Source: Camelus ferus
Lineage: Eukaryota
Direction: 5' to 3'
DNA: 64,000 nucleotides
Assembly (NCBI RefSeq): GCF_009834535.1
Contig: NC_045696.1
Span: forward strand, 24,678,001 to 24,742,000
Both the position numbers and the translations under genes were made by a program. The stretch's first letter is position 1; the number at the start of each line of letters is the position of its first letter. Below are positions 28,576 through 43,169 of the stretch, in pieces. The notes under the pieces were generated by a model. It was not told the DNA's origin. It made no database searches and saw only the letters and a list, made by a program, of their open reading frames with translations.

Positions 28576-29740
28576 GTCAATCACAACATTTTAGAAGAAA
28601 AAGGAATCTCCAACACCATCTCTGTTGAAGAGATACAATCAATGCCACAGAGCTGTTCCTGGAACTCTCTTCTAATAGCTAGACCAGAATTCTTTCTGCT
28701 CTACCAGGCCACAGATGCTATTCTGTTTCAAGTTAGTGGATTTTATCCCAATCTGAAACAAAATAGTATCTTGATGCATTTAGTACACAAATTTGGTAAA
28801 AAAAAAAAAAAAAAATTAGCCAAACCTTTCAACAATTATTACTAAAATCTCAGATAGGTTGTTGTTAAAATATTTGAGGCAGACCATATGAATACGACCA
28901 AGAGATTCTAAACATTTTACATCCCTTCCCTTCTCTCCTTTATATTCAGCTTATATGTAGTGAAAGCTAGAAGGCTACTTTATTTTGCACCTCTCTTGAA
29001 TTTCTTTTGTATGTCAGGTAAAAATTTAAGGCCAAAACTTTGAGTTATGGAAAACTAAGTAAATACTTTGAAAAGACCATGTTTCTTAACACTTTCTTTG
29101 TTGAAAAGAGAAAACCACCTGATAATGGATGCCATGTTCAAGAATTCATATTAACTCCCTACTGACTGTTCAGCTATGTAAAACAATTTTTAACCATTGG
29201 GACAGTTTTATTCATGTGCTCCAAAGCCATATCTAAAATCTAATGATCTTATTGTGACTGCATACTCTTTTGATAGGTTGAGGAACAATGAAGGTGGCAA
29301 AGAGGATTAGACTATTAAAGTGCCACATCATAAGGCATAATTAAATTTAGGAAACCAAAGCTGGTTTAGGTTTATAACTATTCTCTGAATTCTAGAGCTC
29401 CTAAAAAGAACAATTAAAGAATGTTGTTCACATTAAAAATAACATATAACTTATTCATACTTTGGAGACAAAGATTGAAACTCGTATAACAAAAAAAATT
29501 TGTGTGACCACGAACTTGTTCTTAGGAGATGGGAGTCACTAATTAATTCAACAAATATTACGACATGCCAGAGGGTTACTTATGGAGTTATTAATTGTAG
29601 GTCACAAAGTAAATCACACCCAGAAGACAAAAAAAAAAAAAAAAACTGAAAAAAACCCTCAAGATATTAAATCATTTTACTACTATTTAAAAATGACAAT
29701 AGTACCAATTGCAAAATTGCATATTATAGTGTTTAGGATC

Positions 29741-30104
29741 TGCTATGGATTGAACTGTATTCCACTAAAACTCACATGTTGAAATCCTAATTCCCAATGT
29801 GACTATATCTAGAGATTGGGTCTTTAGGAGAAAATTAACATTAAATGAGATTATAAGGGTGGGGCCCTAATCTAAAAGGATTGTGGTCTTAAAAAAAAAA
29901 GAGAGAGAGAGAGACAGAGAGACAGAGAAAGAGATCTCTCTCTCTCTCAGCCATGTGAAGATACAGTGAGAAAGCCAGAAACTTAATTGGCTGGTACCTT
30001 GATCTTAGACTTTGCAGCCTCTGAAACAACTATAAGAAAATAAATGTCTATTGTTTAAGCCACCCAGTCTACAGTATTTTGTTATAGCAGCCCAAGCTAA
30101 GACA
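29741..30104 (+). mobile_element. MaLR LTR (MLT1A/B-like)
   Basis: Starts tgctatggattgaactgt; ends tttaagccacccagtctacagtattttgttatagcagcccaagctaagaca. Confidence 0.85.
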
Positions 30105-33100
30105 AGAAAATAGATTGCTTGCTTTCAATAAGAAAGATCTAGTTTCATATTTTGCCTTAGCTAACTCTCTAAATCTTAGTTTCCTGTCTGTAAAAAGTTT
30201 TTAACCTATCCTAAAGTCCATTTTTAGTAATATAGCTTATAATACATATAAAGGGGTTATTACAGAACTAACTAAATAAAAATATTTTATCATTTATTAA
30301 TTATTTAAATAAACTGTTTAGCAAATCATAGAGTGTTATAACTTAAACAGAACTTATACACTACATATTTATATACAAATTCATCATTAATAAATGGCTT
30401 TTCAGAAAGAAGTGATTTGTCTCTTGAGTCTAGTCATTTGTTTTGATCTTCAAGTTCAAGGTAGTATAATCTTTGAATAACTAGCTTCATGGCAGAAGAC
30501 ACTAATGCTCATTAAACAAGGTAAAAGACTATGAAATTATTTTATCAAGTTGTTGAACACACTGTTTATGTAGCATTTGGTGAAAATATTTTAAAAATAT
30601 TATCTTATTGTTTGTATAATTGAACATATTAGTATTAGTCTAATAAGTAAAAATTGCCCTTAGTATACACACTATTTGACAACAGACAGGCAATCAGTTC
30701 ATGGAATGAATGGATAAATCTAATTATTTTAGTAACACCAGAAATATATATGATGACATGCTCTAATACACATTCATTCAATCACTCATTCAAAAGCATC
30801 TAGTCACCATACATGGTATGCTGTGAAAAATTAATATGAGCCAGATATGACGGTAGTCTGTAAGCAGCTAGATGCCCAAAATTTAGTGAAGGGTCTCTCC
30901 TACATCCTATCATAACCACTCCATATTTACTTCTTTTATTTGTTCATTCAGTTAATGTATTTTAAGCAGCCACAATATATTTAGCATTCACCTTTTTAGA
31001 AACTGGGGATACAATGGAGAACAAGACAACAAAGCCTTTTCTCTCATGGAGGCTCCATTCATAGTCCGTACTGTACGTGCCCGTTTCCATCTTTATCTTC
31101 TTTTGTCTTGGGCACATCCACCACCTACTGAAGTTTGTGGCACACAGTAATGAATAGTGCAATTAGACACAGGACTAACATGTGTGCCATACTCCCATAT
31201 CCAAACCCATGGTAGAAATTATTAATTATGGCTCTCATTCCCCAAGAGTCTGAATGTGATGTCAAAATCCTTTCATCACAGTATTCATAACAGCCATGAT
31301 TAATCAATTAGAGTTAACAAACAAACTAAAATATCCACTTAAACCTCTGAGTAGAAAGCATAAAGTAGGTACAAGCTATAACCCCCACCTTCAATAAACA
31401 GGAAAAAATGTATACATCCAAAAGTAAAATTTGTAAGGACATCAGAGCAGTGAGGAAGCAGAGAGGAATGGACAAAGTGTTTCCAGAGCTGGACTGTCTC
31501 TTCCTAGGCAAGATGAGACCAGCAGAGGTTATCTTCATTGGAAGCATCTGCCAGATCTGTGATCTGAAGATCCAGTTAGACTTAAGCAAAGGAACTCTAC
31601 TAGGAGAAAGACAAACTAGCAAGAGCTTTGAGTAGTCACTGGAAATAGAGCCTAGGAGACAAACCCTACTAGAGGGAGGGGTCTGCAAAAACACAAGACA
31701 TGTCTCTACTTGAAATACATGAGACCCAAGAAGTACTAAATTTATCTTAAGTTACAGTTCAGCACCCATCAAACTAAATTTCCAATTGAACTGAGGTAAT
31801 TTGCCCTCAGTCTATATGTGTAACAGAGAAGAGCACACAGTGACTGAGGGAAAATGACATGAATGTCTCTACGGTTTCTGGCAGAAATAAATATGAGACA
31901 TCAGAAGAAGCAGGAAAATGTAACTTACAGTCAAAAGATAAAAATCACATGCTACAAGGAGATTCCCCCCACCCTTGTCATGTTACTGGAATAAGCATAT
32001 AAGAACTTTAAAATAAATAACATGAATAATTTTAAATAATGGAAAAAATGAGATTTTCAACATACAATTAGAATCAATATAAAAATCAAGTGGGACATTC
32101 TAAAACTGCAAATACATACATAATATGAATTCAAGAGCTGATGGAGTGTGTTTAATAGCAGGCTGGACACAGTAAAAACACTATTAATGAGTATAAAAGT
32201 AGAAAAATATTTAAACTGAAGTACACAGAAAAAAAATTTGAGAAAAGCAGAACTGCATATTAGACTACAGGGCAAAAATAATACAGGACAGCAAATACAT
32301 TCATCCTTCAAAGGTTCTGAGTACAATAATAAGACTCTTTAAAAAAAACAACATTGGCACCAGCTTTTTAGTTACAAATCAAATTTATTCCCTACCGATA
32401 CCTTTACACGAAAAATCTTCACATAATAAATTTTCAACCCACAGAAGACAAATATATGGAACTATAACAGTCTAGCCCAAGGAAAAAAAAATGTATAAAC
32501 ACTCTGGTTCATTAAATGAGATTTGCCCTGTTATGGCATAATCTTAACATAGGAGTCACCATTTATGTTTAAATAGTATAGTGTTTCATAGAATCTAACA
32601 ATGTAATCCACACTAAGTCATAATTTCAATACACTTATTCTTTTAATGAATGTGCAGAGAATTGGATCAATTTTCCATTCAATGAATTTTTCTTATATAG
32701 ATGAGGGAAGAGAAATAAGTATGGATTAAACAACAAGGGCAATTTGTCCCCTGAATTACATTGATATTGTTGTAAAATTCTTATTATTTGGCAATGATTT
32801 TTCCAGTGGAGCACATTTCTGAAATAATAATGTGAATTATTGAGGTACGTAATTAGACAATTTTTCACTCTACTCACTATTTTCAAAAACTATCTCTAAT
32901 CACTAAATTGAAGGTAAGGTTTAATTTAAGAAAATGAACACTGAGATCAAAACTTTTTTGACTTCTCTTGGCTGCTTCTTTTTCTCTCTGTAAATGAGGG
33001 GGTAGGTCCAGCTTGCCCTCTAAGATAATTTCAAGCTATGAACTTCATTTAGTTATCCACTTAAAAGTCTCTAACAGTTACATCTGCTTAAAAAAAAAAA

Positions 33101-33519
33101 AAAAGACAATTCAACAGTCTGGCAGTTTTTAGTCTATCCCATTTATATTTATGAATATAATAAAAATTGATGCTAAACCTGTTATCTGATAAATTTTTTA
33201 TTCTAATGCTTCCTTGTTGATATAGTTTGCTATACCGATTTTAAAAGTTTAACTTTAAATGATATATATTGTCACTCCTCTATGGAAAACTGAAAACAAA
33301 TGTACATTTTTATTTTGTCCCACTTATTCTTAATAACCTATTCCTTTTTCTATAAGTGTTATCATTTTTCAAGAAGTTGCCTTCATAATCTTAAATGATC
33401 TATTTATGCTTCTATTTCTTAAATTCCCCATTCCAAATAATACCTATTAACTCCCTGCTAAGAAAAATGAAGAGTGACAACAGCTACTACCCAATTTAGA
33501 TGATTTACATAATGATATT

Positions 33520-34102
33520 TAGGATTTCTGACCTCATTAGGTTTAGATGGACTTTGCGTTGATGGTGTAATTGGACAAGACTTTGGGGGATGTATTTTGC
33601 ATGTGAATGGATCTAAATCTTTGGTGGCCAGAAACTGAATTGTGGTAGGCCGAATAACACCTTCCCAAAGAAAGTTCACACTCTAATTCCTGGAACCTGT
33701 GAACATGTTAATTTACATGACAAAATGTTTTTCACAGATATTTTTAAATTTACAGAGCTGGAGATGGGGAGACTATCTTGGATTGTCCAGGTGGATCCAT
33801 TTAATTACACGATGTCCTCTAAGAAGGAATTGATCCACTATTGCTTGCTTTGAAGACAGAAAAAGAGAATCACTGAGCTAAGGAATGTGGGTTGCCTCCG
33901 GAAGCTGAAAATGGCCCTCAGTACCCAGATCGTAAGAAAATGAGGACCTCCAGAAAGGAAATCAGCCTTGCTGACTTTATTTAGTCCTTTGAGATCCATA
34001 CCCAATTTCTGATTGATGGAACTGTAAAATAATAAACTTGTGTTGGCATAAGATACTAAATTTGTAATAATTTGTTAAGGCGGCAATAGAAAACGAAAAA
34101 CA
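33520..34102 (+). mobile_element. MLT1D-like LTR (33641-34102) with a short piece of internal sequence upstream
   Basis: tgtggtaggccgaataac...cctggaacctgtgaacatgtt...taatttgttaaggcggcaatagaaaac. Confidence 0.8.
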
Positions 34103-35339
34103 ACCTGTTTAGTTTCATTTGAATTCCACTCCTAGATTAAGGGCCTTCCATTCTGAGGTCATGTAATTTCTACCTACTTCTTGAGCAAACAGGATCCTGT
34201 TGGCAAGGAGGAAGGGGTAGGTGGCAAGGAAACGCAATGACCAGGGCCTGCGATTTGGTTGCATCTCTAGTCCTATCTCTCAAACTTCCACCTCGTGCTT
34301 TATGATCCTCTAGTTCTGATCTGTGAAATTGTCCTCTGCTTCTATGCTCTTGATAATTTAGTTCCCTCTTCCTGTAATATCTCCAGCCAATTGTTTCACA
34401 TTTTTGCATTAACCCACCCGCTGGCTCCCTCTTACTCTTCAAAGTACTGCTTAGACATATTCTTTTCCACTAAGCCTTCAAGATAAAAGATAAAATTATA
34501 CAGTCTTTACCCAATTCTGTTTCTGCCCGACGTCCGTATTGCAATTATGTTATATACCACAAAAAATTATATTTACGTGTTTACCTTCTGTCTCTCCTGG
34601 TTGTTAACCAGTGGCTAACACTATGCTCAATAGCTGTTAATATGATCATTATACATAATAATATTAATGAATTGAGTGTTTGAACTATGCATTCTTTATA
34701 AGGAAATTATAGTGTATTGTACTCACCACAGATAAACATAGACTTTTTATTCTTTACATTATTCAAGATTTTAAAACTGCACAAAAGTGACGAGAACATT
34801 ATAATGAATCCCCATCAACCATAATTCAGCTTCAATAAACATCAACACTTTCATACACATTTTTAAATCGTCTAGAAATTCAGTGGCAGACTATTTTCCT
34901 AGAAGGCTGACCTGCTGTCAACATGGATTGTTCTACTAAATCTAAAACGAGGAAACAGATTTCAATTCTCCAGATTCATAGTTCTAACAAACTTTAACAG
35001 CACTAAAGGAAAAAACACACTCAGAAAGAGCCATTAAGTACCACCAGAGACCAAAAAGTGAGGAAAAACCGGGTCTATTATAGCCTAGAACCAGAAAAAC
35101 ACTCCACAAGTGTCCTAAATGGCCACTATATGTTATGGGGCTTGTGCATGAAAATTCCTGCCACTCCGACTTAATTCAAGAGAAAGCCAAGGCATTTTGT
35201 TTTCATTTTTGTTTTTAACGGCCCACTTCAGTGTTGGCAATTGGAAAAAAATGTGTCTCTGCTGCTCTGGATAAATCACATTGACTGAAGACTGCTTGAA
35301 TTCATTTTTCCCAAAACAAAAACAGGACTGAGGATCTTA

Positions 35340-36400
35340 TCGGAGTTCCAGGGACACCCGCCCCGGCCTCCTTCTATGCCCGCACTGCGGCAGGGCCTCT
35401 TCTAGGGATGCTAGGGGCGCGCAGGGGAGAGGGAAGGCTTAGGAACCCCAACCTGGAATCTATAGAGTCCAGGCAAAAGCACGCTTCAAAAGGTAGGAAG
35501 AACGAAATAAGAAAGGCTGCAACCTGAGCCTGGTTTGGAACATACCCCCAAAACGCAATAACCTAACGGTCCTCATTCTCACTCAGGTGAACAGGGACAG
35601 ACCGGAACTACGCTTCCCAGAATGCAAAACGGTGGGGCGGCGCTAAAGAAACTGTTTTTACCTCAAGTTGGCAGGAGGCCCTTCAGGCTTGTGAACTCCA
35701 GTCCCTCTTCTTGGCTCTCCTCACCTCAGCCTAATTGGCTTGGCAGTCCGTGCGTGGGAGGGCGGCTCTGGCGTCACTGGCAGCGGTTGAATGGGGGCCC
35801 TCAGCCCCGGGACCTCCCGGTAAATGAAGTCCTTTTTCCGGTCGGAGAGGTAGCTTTTCCGGCCGCGTCAGAGCAACAGGACTACATTTCCCAGGGGCAC
35901 ACGGGGCTGCCGGGCAGCGTGGGGGCGGCGCCTCACGTCCTGTACAGTCATCCCAATCCTCTTCGGCGGGACTGTGATGGCCGGAGAGATGACGATCTTA
36001 GGTTAGTGATCGGAAGGGTCCCTGACTCTGTTGCAGGCACCGGAGCGGTTTGGGGAGGCCGCGATGGGCGGGGATGGTTGTCACACCTGCTGGATCCCGC
36101 TGGCGCAGCAGAAGGGGCGCTGGAAATGTGACTTAGAGGCGGTTTGGGGTTGTAAATGACGCCAGGTTGGGGGGTCGCCTCTAAGAAGGCCCAGGCCGGA
36201 GTAGGCCTGGGTAGGGCTGGCGGCGACGGTCCGCGTACATTGTAGGGACATCGAGCCTCGGGAAAGGTTGTTCCCTAATGAATGTCGATTTTGAATCCTC
36301 GGTTGAATTGGGGCCTTCGAGAGGCTGCCGGAATGTGCATCTCCAAGACCCCTTTGTGGAGGAAGGGGGAGGAGCGGCAGCAGCATCCCGAACTGTAAGC
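35340..36400 (+). promoter_or_regulatory. HSPA13: CpG-island promoter of HSPA13
   Basis: The only GC/CpG-rich block in the window. Contains ZNF143/THAP11-type ACTACnnTTCCCAG motifs at 35607 and 35881, ETS CCGGAA at 35602, reverse CCAAT at 35734, GC box at 35921 and TCACGTC at 35933. Boundaries approximate. Confidence 0.85.
35977..36001 (+). CDS. HSPA13: HSPA13 (STCH, ER/microsomal Hsp70-like ATPase) coding exon 1
   Basis: gtgATGg Kozak context; encodes MAGEMTIL(G), followed by the G|gttagt donor. Matches the HSPA13 N-terminus and lies in the CpG island. Confidence 0.93.
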
Positions 36401-37543
36401 CCATGGGATGCTGTACTTAGAGAGATCCAGGCCTCTTTGATGTATAGTTCAGTGTTTCCACCAACCAGGTAGGAATTACCCTCTCCGGAAGAGGTGATGA
36501 AATGCTTCAGAAAATGTGTACGTAGGAGCAACAGGAAAGTTGGATTGGCACCTGATTTCATGACTTTGAGTTACGTGTTGATGAGGATGAGCTAACAATT
36601 AGCACAGCAGACCCCTACAAATTGGCGTTTGGGGTTATGTGTAACGTGGATGGACACAGGTGTATAACATAGCCTTCTGAAACAAAAAAACGATTAATTG
36701 TAAATTCGAAGTAGCTTCTTTCTTCATCATTTACGTTTACAGTCTGCGTGGCATTTGTTCATATTTTTTTTCACCAGTTAATATTTATTAAACAATCTTC
36801 TACTGGCTAGGAACCGTTCTTGGTGTAGGGGACACAACGGTGAGTAAAACCTGACTTCAAGGGAGCTTCCATTTATGTTGTCATTAGGGTTTCACTTAAT
36901 CTCTCTTCCTAAATATCACCTTTGCAAGAACTATGTCCTTAATTCATATTCAGTACAGAAAAAGTTAACTGTTTTGTTATGAAGTGACAGTTGACTATCT
37001 AAGCAAATTACAAAATTATTTTCATCTAGTTTATCCGTTTCATTCTTTTGAAAGGAAACAGGAAATAAAGGGATAAAGAGTTTAGCCTTACAATAACAGT
37101 TTTTGCTATGGAAATTTTAATAATAGAGTTTATTTTTAACAATAATATCGAAAGCTAATCATAAAACTATAAAATCTAAATATTAATTTATCAAGAATTA
37201 GATTATATCTAACTTTTGCTCCAGATGAATGGTTTTTCCCGTCAGCAGTAGCACAATTATTATTGAAATGTTTTTCCATTTTATCCCTTTACCTACCCAT
37301 GAGAAGTACACAAATATACAGAATTTTTGTTTTTGTGGCTACTTCAATTTAGTTGTATTACAGTCAGTTTACATTATGCAAACTTGGTGTTTAAGAAGTG
37401 TTATCATGAGTACTATAAAAGAAATTTTGAGATTGTATCTTTAATCTTGTTTCAAAGAGTGGTATTCAAGGGACTTTACTATAGTAATTTAGCATATTGT
37501 GCTAGTTTGATAAGACATAACTTTTAATTTGCCTGTCTTTCAG

Positions 37544-37884
37544 GATCAGCTGTTTTGACTCTCCTATTGGCTGGCTATTTGGCACAACAGTATTTACCAT
37601 TGCCTACTCCTAAAGTGATTGGCATTGACCTTGGTACCACCTACTGTTCAGTCGGGGTGTTTTTTCCTGGTACAGGAAAAGTAAAGGTCATTCCAGATGA
37701 AAATGGGCACATCAGCATACCCAGCATGGTGTCCTTCACTGACGACGATGTTTATGTGGGGTATGAAAGCTTAGAGCTGGCGGATTCAAATCCTCAGAAC
37801 ACCATATATGATGCTAAAAGATTCATAGGCAAGATTTTTACCCCAGAAGAGCTAGAGGCTGAAATTGGCAGATACCCTTTTAAG
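37544..37884 (+). CDS. HSPA13: HSPA13 exon 2 (hydrophobic leader plus Hsp70 phosphate-1 motif)
   Basis: tttcag| acceptor; encodes SAVLTLLLAGYLAQQYLPLPTPKVIGIDLGTTYCSVG...RYPFK; |gtaagt donor; 341 nt, phase consistent with exon 1. Confidence 0.97.
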
Positions 37885-40317
37885 GTAAGTTAAGCTAAAA
37901 TATCTTTTAACTTTAGCTCAGATTACTGTTTCAATTAATGCTTTAGCTTCAAGTTAATGAAACATTCTGTTTAAATGGACTGAGTCTCCACCACCATCAC
38001 CAGCATCACAAAGAAAAAAAGACTCAATCTGCATGGAAGTTTTATCATATAACAAGCAATCCCACAGCAGCTCCGGAGTTTGTTAATTCATTGACCCCAC
38101 AGTATTATCAAGGACTTGGGACATTACCAGTCTCTCAGTCTGCCATCCTCAGAATGTCTGCATAGCTCTTTCATTGTAGCAGGAAAGCTAATGAAGCCCC
38201 ATGTACCTATAGATGGATGGATACATAGATATTCTCTGTGTTTGTGTATATGCATATTTGTATACATAAAAAAAAGATCATACTAGGCATGCTGTGTTAT
38301 GACTTGTTTAAAACTCATCAGTACATCGTGGACAGTTAGTAGGCTTACCTCATTATTTTACTGTCTTTCATAGTTGTAATGGAATAACTATTCCATTATT
38401 TAACTGTCCAGTTTCTGTCAGTGTACACATTATTTTTCCCCTAGTTTTCTACTGTTATTGGAGCTTCAGTGAATATCTTTATACATACATGTTTTTACAT
38501 TGCTCTGATAATTTCCTAAATTTGAATTCTAGAACTGGAATTGACAGGCCTAATGTATGCATGTTTTTAAGGCTTTTGATTTATATTGCCAAATTGTGCA
38601 CCAAAAAGTTTATATACTTTTACCTATTTTTTAGAGTGCTTGTATCTTCAGTGTTACTATTTTTCAGTCTTTGCCAATAGGTAAGTAAAAAATGATATCT
38701 TGTCTTGATCTGCATTCCTATGACTTCTAGTGAGGTCAAACTCTTAAAAATTGGTTTATCAGCATTTTAATTTTCTTCAGTGATCAATTTCTTATCCTTC
38801 ATCCTGTTTTCTTTTGGAATTGTTTACCTTCCCCCAATGACTATAAAACACCTTTGTGATAGTTTTCAGTATTTTTTCTTTTTTTTTTTAACTGATGGTG
38901 TATAGTTTTGTTTTTGAACTGTCAAGAATGTTAAATTTTTATGTGGTAAAATCATCTCTTAACTTTCAAAAAATGTTTTTGGACTCTCACCATGTTTACA
39001 ATGTCCTTTCCCGTCCTATCCACTTGTATTTTTTTTCCTAATGCTTTTATTTAAGTATTTGTAGGTTTGGGTTTTACTGGGTTTTTTTCCTTTCAAACAT
39101 TCAAATGTTTAAATGTTAAAAACCCATGTAGGGGTTTTTTTGGTAAATTATGAAGTGGGATTCTCAATAAGCAGATTTTAAAATAGGTGATTGTATCTCT
39201 GCTTCTTATTGACTAATCCATACAAAAAAATTCTCAAAATTTTTATCTATTTCAAAGGTGAAAAAGAATTTCTCCATGCATTTCTTAGGTTTATTTCTTT
39301 GTTCTTTATTAGCTCTTTCTTCGGATTCTTTATTAATTTGTAGTTTTTCTTATGTAATGATAAAATCACATAAAGCTTTACATTTTCCTCTAAATTACAG
39401 CTTTGGGTACATTACTTATTGATCCAAGAGTTATTTTAAGTTTTGGTTTTTTTTTTTTTAAGTTTCTAATTGATCTGATTTTTTTGTTGTTTCTGTTTCA
39501 TGATCACTCTGAAGGTACTGGTATCTTTGGACCTTATATTAATAGTGTCCATAGCTTGTTTTTGTTTTCCCCAGACAGGTGAAATACTTTTTGGAAGGTC
39601 AGGTTTTCTCGATTGAAACCTAATTACGTAGTCTAGAATGACTGGGGTAAAATGCTTGTAATTTCTTAGAATAGATTAATGCTCTTTACTGTTGATGTTA
39701 ATACAAAACTGTTGGTGAAACTAGCATGTTTTAGAATTAATGTAATTTTTTAAATGTACAAATGTACAACCACATTAGCAGGGATAATTGGCTAACATCT
39801 GTTTTCACGGGAACAAGAATGTGAGTGACAGTTTATTCTTAGATAAGAACATAATGAAATACTAAAATTATTCTTGTTAATATTTACCAGAACATTCTTT
39901 CACTGATCTATTAGTTTTGGAAACAAATTTATTTTTCTTAAAAAAAGAAGATCTTGAGTTACATACATGACTTAGCAACTGTTGTTCCTTCTATTTCAGC
40001 TTTTATCTTTTCTTTCATTTATCAGATTTATGTTTGAGAATCTTTTATGTTCCAATTATATGTTTATTGGTGAATTTTATTATTCTTCTGTTATTGAAAC
40101 TATGGAGTGGATTCATTTTATAGATTTTAAAGTATAACTTTTAACAACCTCTAGTCTTAGTAAATGCACTTGTTAGATAACAAATGAATTTTATGACCTT
40201 TTAAAGGTTAAGTTTTGATTGAATACATCCTGCATGTATATATGTGTGTTAGCATATGCATATGTAGATACATACACACACTTTTTATTTGTTTGTTTTT
40301 GCAAATCTCCTTCATAG

Positions 40318-40531
40318 GTTTTAAACAAAAATGGAATGGTTGAGTTTTCTGTGACAAGTAATGAGACCATCACCGTTTCCCCAGAATATGTGGGCTCTAG
40401 ACTGTTGTTGAAGTTAAAGGAAATGGCAGAGGAATACCTTGGAATGCCAGTTGCCAATGCTGTTATTTCTGTACCAGCAGAATTTGATCTAAAACAAAGA
40501 AATTCAACAATTGAAGCTGCTAACCTTGCAG
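40318..40531 (+). CDS. HSPA13: HSPA13 exon 3
   Basis: catag| acceptor; encodes VLNKNGMVEFSV...AVISVPAEFDLKQRNSTIEAANLA(G); |gtaatc donor; 214 nt. Confidence 0.97.
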
Positions 40532-40981
40532 GTAATCACATACCTGAGTTGCATTTTTATCAAAATTTTCTTAGGTTGAAAATCTGTAGTAAGGTACTTC
40601 GTTTGCAAACCACCTGACTTGGTACCTGAACAAACTATTTGGTAAATAAATTAGATGGGTTTTTATATAGATTTACAGACAATTAAGGAAGTTCTATCAT
40701 GCCATGTAAAATGTGTATAATATGACAACAGTCTATCAGGCATATGACAAAGGCTGAGAGAACATGGACACATGTTAGCAATGAGGAATTTTTTTCTTCT
40801 AAACTTTTTTAATGTGAAGATGAATATAATGTTTTTAAAAAATCTAAATTGGGAGAAAATTCATATAATGCTATTCCATAAATATTGAGTGCTTTAGTAA
40901 ACAAAACAGATAAATCCTTTTCTCCTGGAGCTTATATTCTATTGGGGGTAACAGAAAATCAGCATTGAAGATAGGTATGTT

Positions 40982-41194
40982 ATGGGCTTTCTTACCCTTA
41001 GCATAATGGACATTTGGGGCCTGATAATTCTTTGTTCTGGGAGACTGTCCTGCGTGTTATAGGCTATTTTGCAGCATCCCTGGCCTGTACTCCCTGGATG
41101 CCAGTATAGCCTCCCCAACAAATGATGACAGTTTTATGTCTTCAGTGGCCAGACGTCCCCAGAGGAGCCAAATGCCCTCTGGTTGAGAGCCTTG
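40982..41194. mobile_element. MER20 (hAT) DNA transposon in HSPA13 intron 3, inside an L2
   Basis: gacatttggggcctgataattctttgtt...gcagcatccctggcctgtactccctggatgccagta...ctggttgagagcc. Confidence 0.85.
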
Positions 41195-42197
41195 ATACAA
41201 CATACATGAGAAAGTAACATGCTGTGGGAAAAAAGACAGGATAAGGGGACAGGTTTGCCGGGTGACCAGAGGGTAGGAGGACTTGCAGGTTTTAGAGAAG
41301 AGTGGTCATGTAGACCTTCCTAAGGTGACATTTAAGCAGATTTGAAGGAAGCAAGGCAGTTAGCAAAGCAGCTATATAGAGGAAGTATGCTATAGGAGGG
41401 AGAATGGTCAGTGGAGCAGCCATGAAATGAGAATTTGCTGGTACATAAGAAAATTGGAGGTTGGTCAGTGTGGCTGGAGCAGAGTGAGTGATGAAGTCAG
41501 AGAGCTAAGGGGAAAGGTTTTATGGTCTTTGAATAAATTCTTCAGAGTCTGAATAGGTTTTATGGCTCTTGATACATAAAGCCATGTTACTTTCAAGGCC
41601 ACTCATTATGTGTGGCAGTTAGTTTAAAGCAGGAATTTTGCTCAAGGAAATCTGATCTTTTGCCTGCACATTTACTGTCTAACTTTGCTTTGAAGTCAGA
41701 TTTTGCTGTATATTTCTAGATTTTTCTTTTTATTATCATCTCTTTTCTGTTTATTCATCTGTTGTTTTTATCAAAAAGTCTCTTTTAAAAGAAGAGTACA
41801 GTAAGCTTATCTCATTTCTATAGCAATTTGTTACATTACAAAATGATTAAAGTTTAATTGCTTATGTATTCCCAAGTAAAATATGAAGGAGGAGGCTTAG
41901 AGATTTTCTAAAATTAAGTATTAATTAATAAATAGAATGATGTGTTCTACTGAATCTAGGCCTTTATTTCTTTTTATTATAATCTTCTTTTAGAATAATT
42001 TTAATGATACTCATTTAGAAAAACCTGTATTTATCCTTCTTCTTTCATTATTTTGGGGGGTTTCTGGCTTGTCTTTCTTATTATTACTCAGCGGAGTTCA
42101 TGTCATAGAGACACTTAAAACGTTGTAAGATTGAGTGGGAAGAAATTTCCTAATATGTCCTCTCATGATTTGTTCTTCCCTCCAACCGATTTTACAG

Positions 42198-42365
42198 GAC
42201 TGAAGATCTTAAGAGTAATAAATGAACCTACAGCAGCAGCTATGGCCTATGGCCTCCACAAAGCAGACGTCTTTCACGTCTTGGTAATAGATCTGGGCGG
42301 AGGAACTCTGGATGTGTCATTGCTGAATAAACAAGGAGGAATGTTTCTGACCCGAGCAATGTCTG
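42198..42365 (+). CDS. HSPA13: HSPA13 exon 4 (INEPTAAA and [10 protein letters not shown] motifs)
   Basis: ttacag| acceptor; encodes [18 protein letters not shown]...[12 protein letters not shown]...RAMS(G); |gtaagg donor; 168 nt. Confidence 0.97.
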
Positions 42366-43169
42366 GTAAGGAAAATACAGGGAAAGGTACAGAGGTTTAG
42401 GCACATTAACATATGTAATGGTGATGGTGAAGGGAACAGAAGGAAAGACATTCTTTTAAAATAAAGGATGATCAGTTTATTTCACTTGATAATCTGTTTC
42501 ACAAAATAGGTGTCTTTAGGAAATCTAAGAATTGTATTTTATATTCTAATTTTTAAAGGCTTTTGTTTTAATTTAGTTTAAGGAAATAAACCTATGGAGC
42601 TTAAGTTATAGGTGGTTTAATTTCTACATTTTTTCCCTCCTAACCAGACTCTATTTTGAACTAGATTCGGTGCTGGGCATTTATATTCCATTACTCTTTC
42701 CCTTACTAAAGTATTTTTTTCTATTTTTCACCTTTTAATCATTCAAGCAAAAGGATTTTTTTTTTTAAAGATAAAAATGCCTACTAATACTTTTTTAATT
42801 ATAAGAACTTTCTTCTGTTGAGAATAATGACATTTGTTTTTTTTTTCAATTGTTACTTAAAAGCCAGTCTGTGTTCTCAGTATCTTATTTCTGAAAAATT
42901 ATTTGATATCACTAAGAGATGCTTCCTTTTACATCATTTAAGCCCAGATGTGCACTGTATTTTAATAGTACATGTTTGAATTAAGATCATTTTAACCCAA
43001 TTATTTTTAATCAGTCTTTGTATGAATAAAATCTTAATAATACATTAAATAAGGGTATGTTATTTCCAGAATATCATCTTTATACATACATATACACAGA
43101 TACATGTATACATATACATGCACATATATATTTCTAAATAATAATTAAACTTTTAAATTTTTAACTTAG

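Noticed and set aside
1..35300. SAMSN1 3' exons expected from synteny
   Set aside because: No SH3/SAM-like coding exon was seen; the gene probably lies outside the window.
35622..36131. 169-aa ORF over the HSPA13 promoter, plus ORFs at 36081-36561
   Set aside because: Long ORFs arise easily in GC-rich DNA. It starts inside a ZNF143 motif upstream of the likely start site, runs through the exon 1 donor, and resembles no protein I know.
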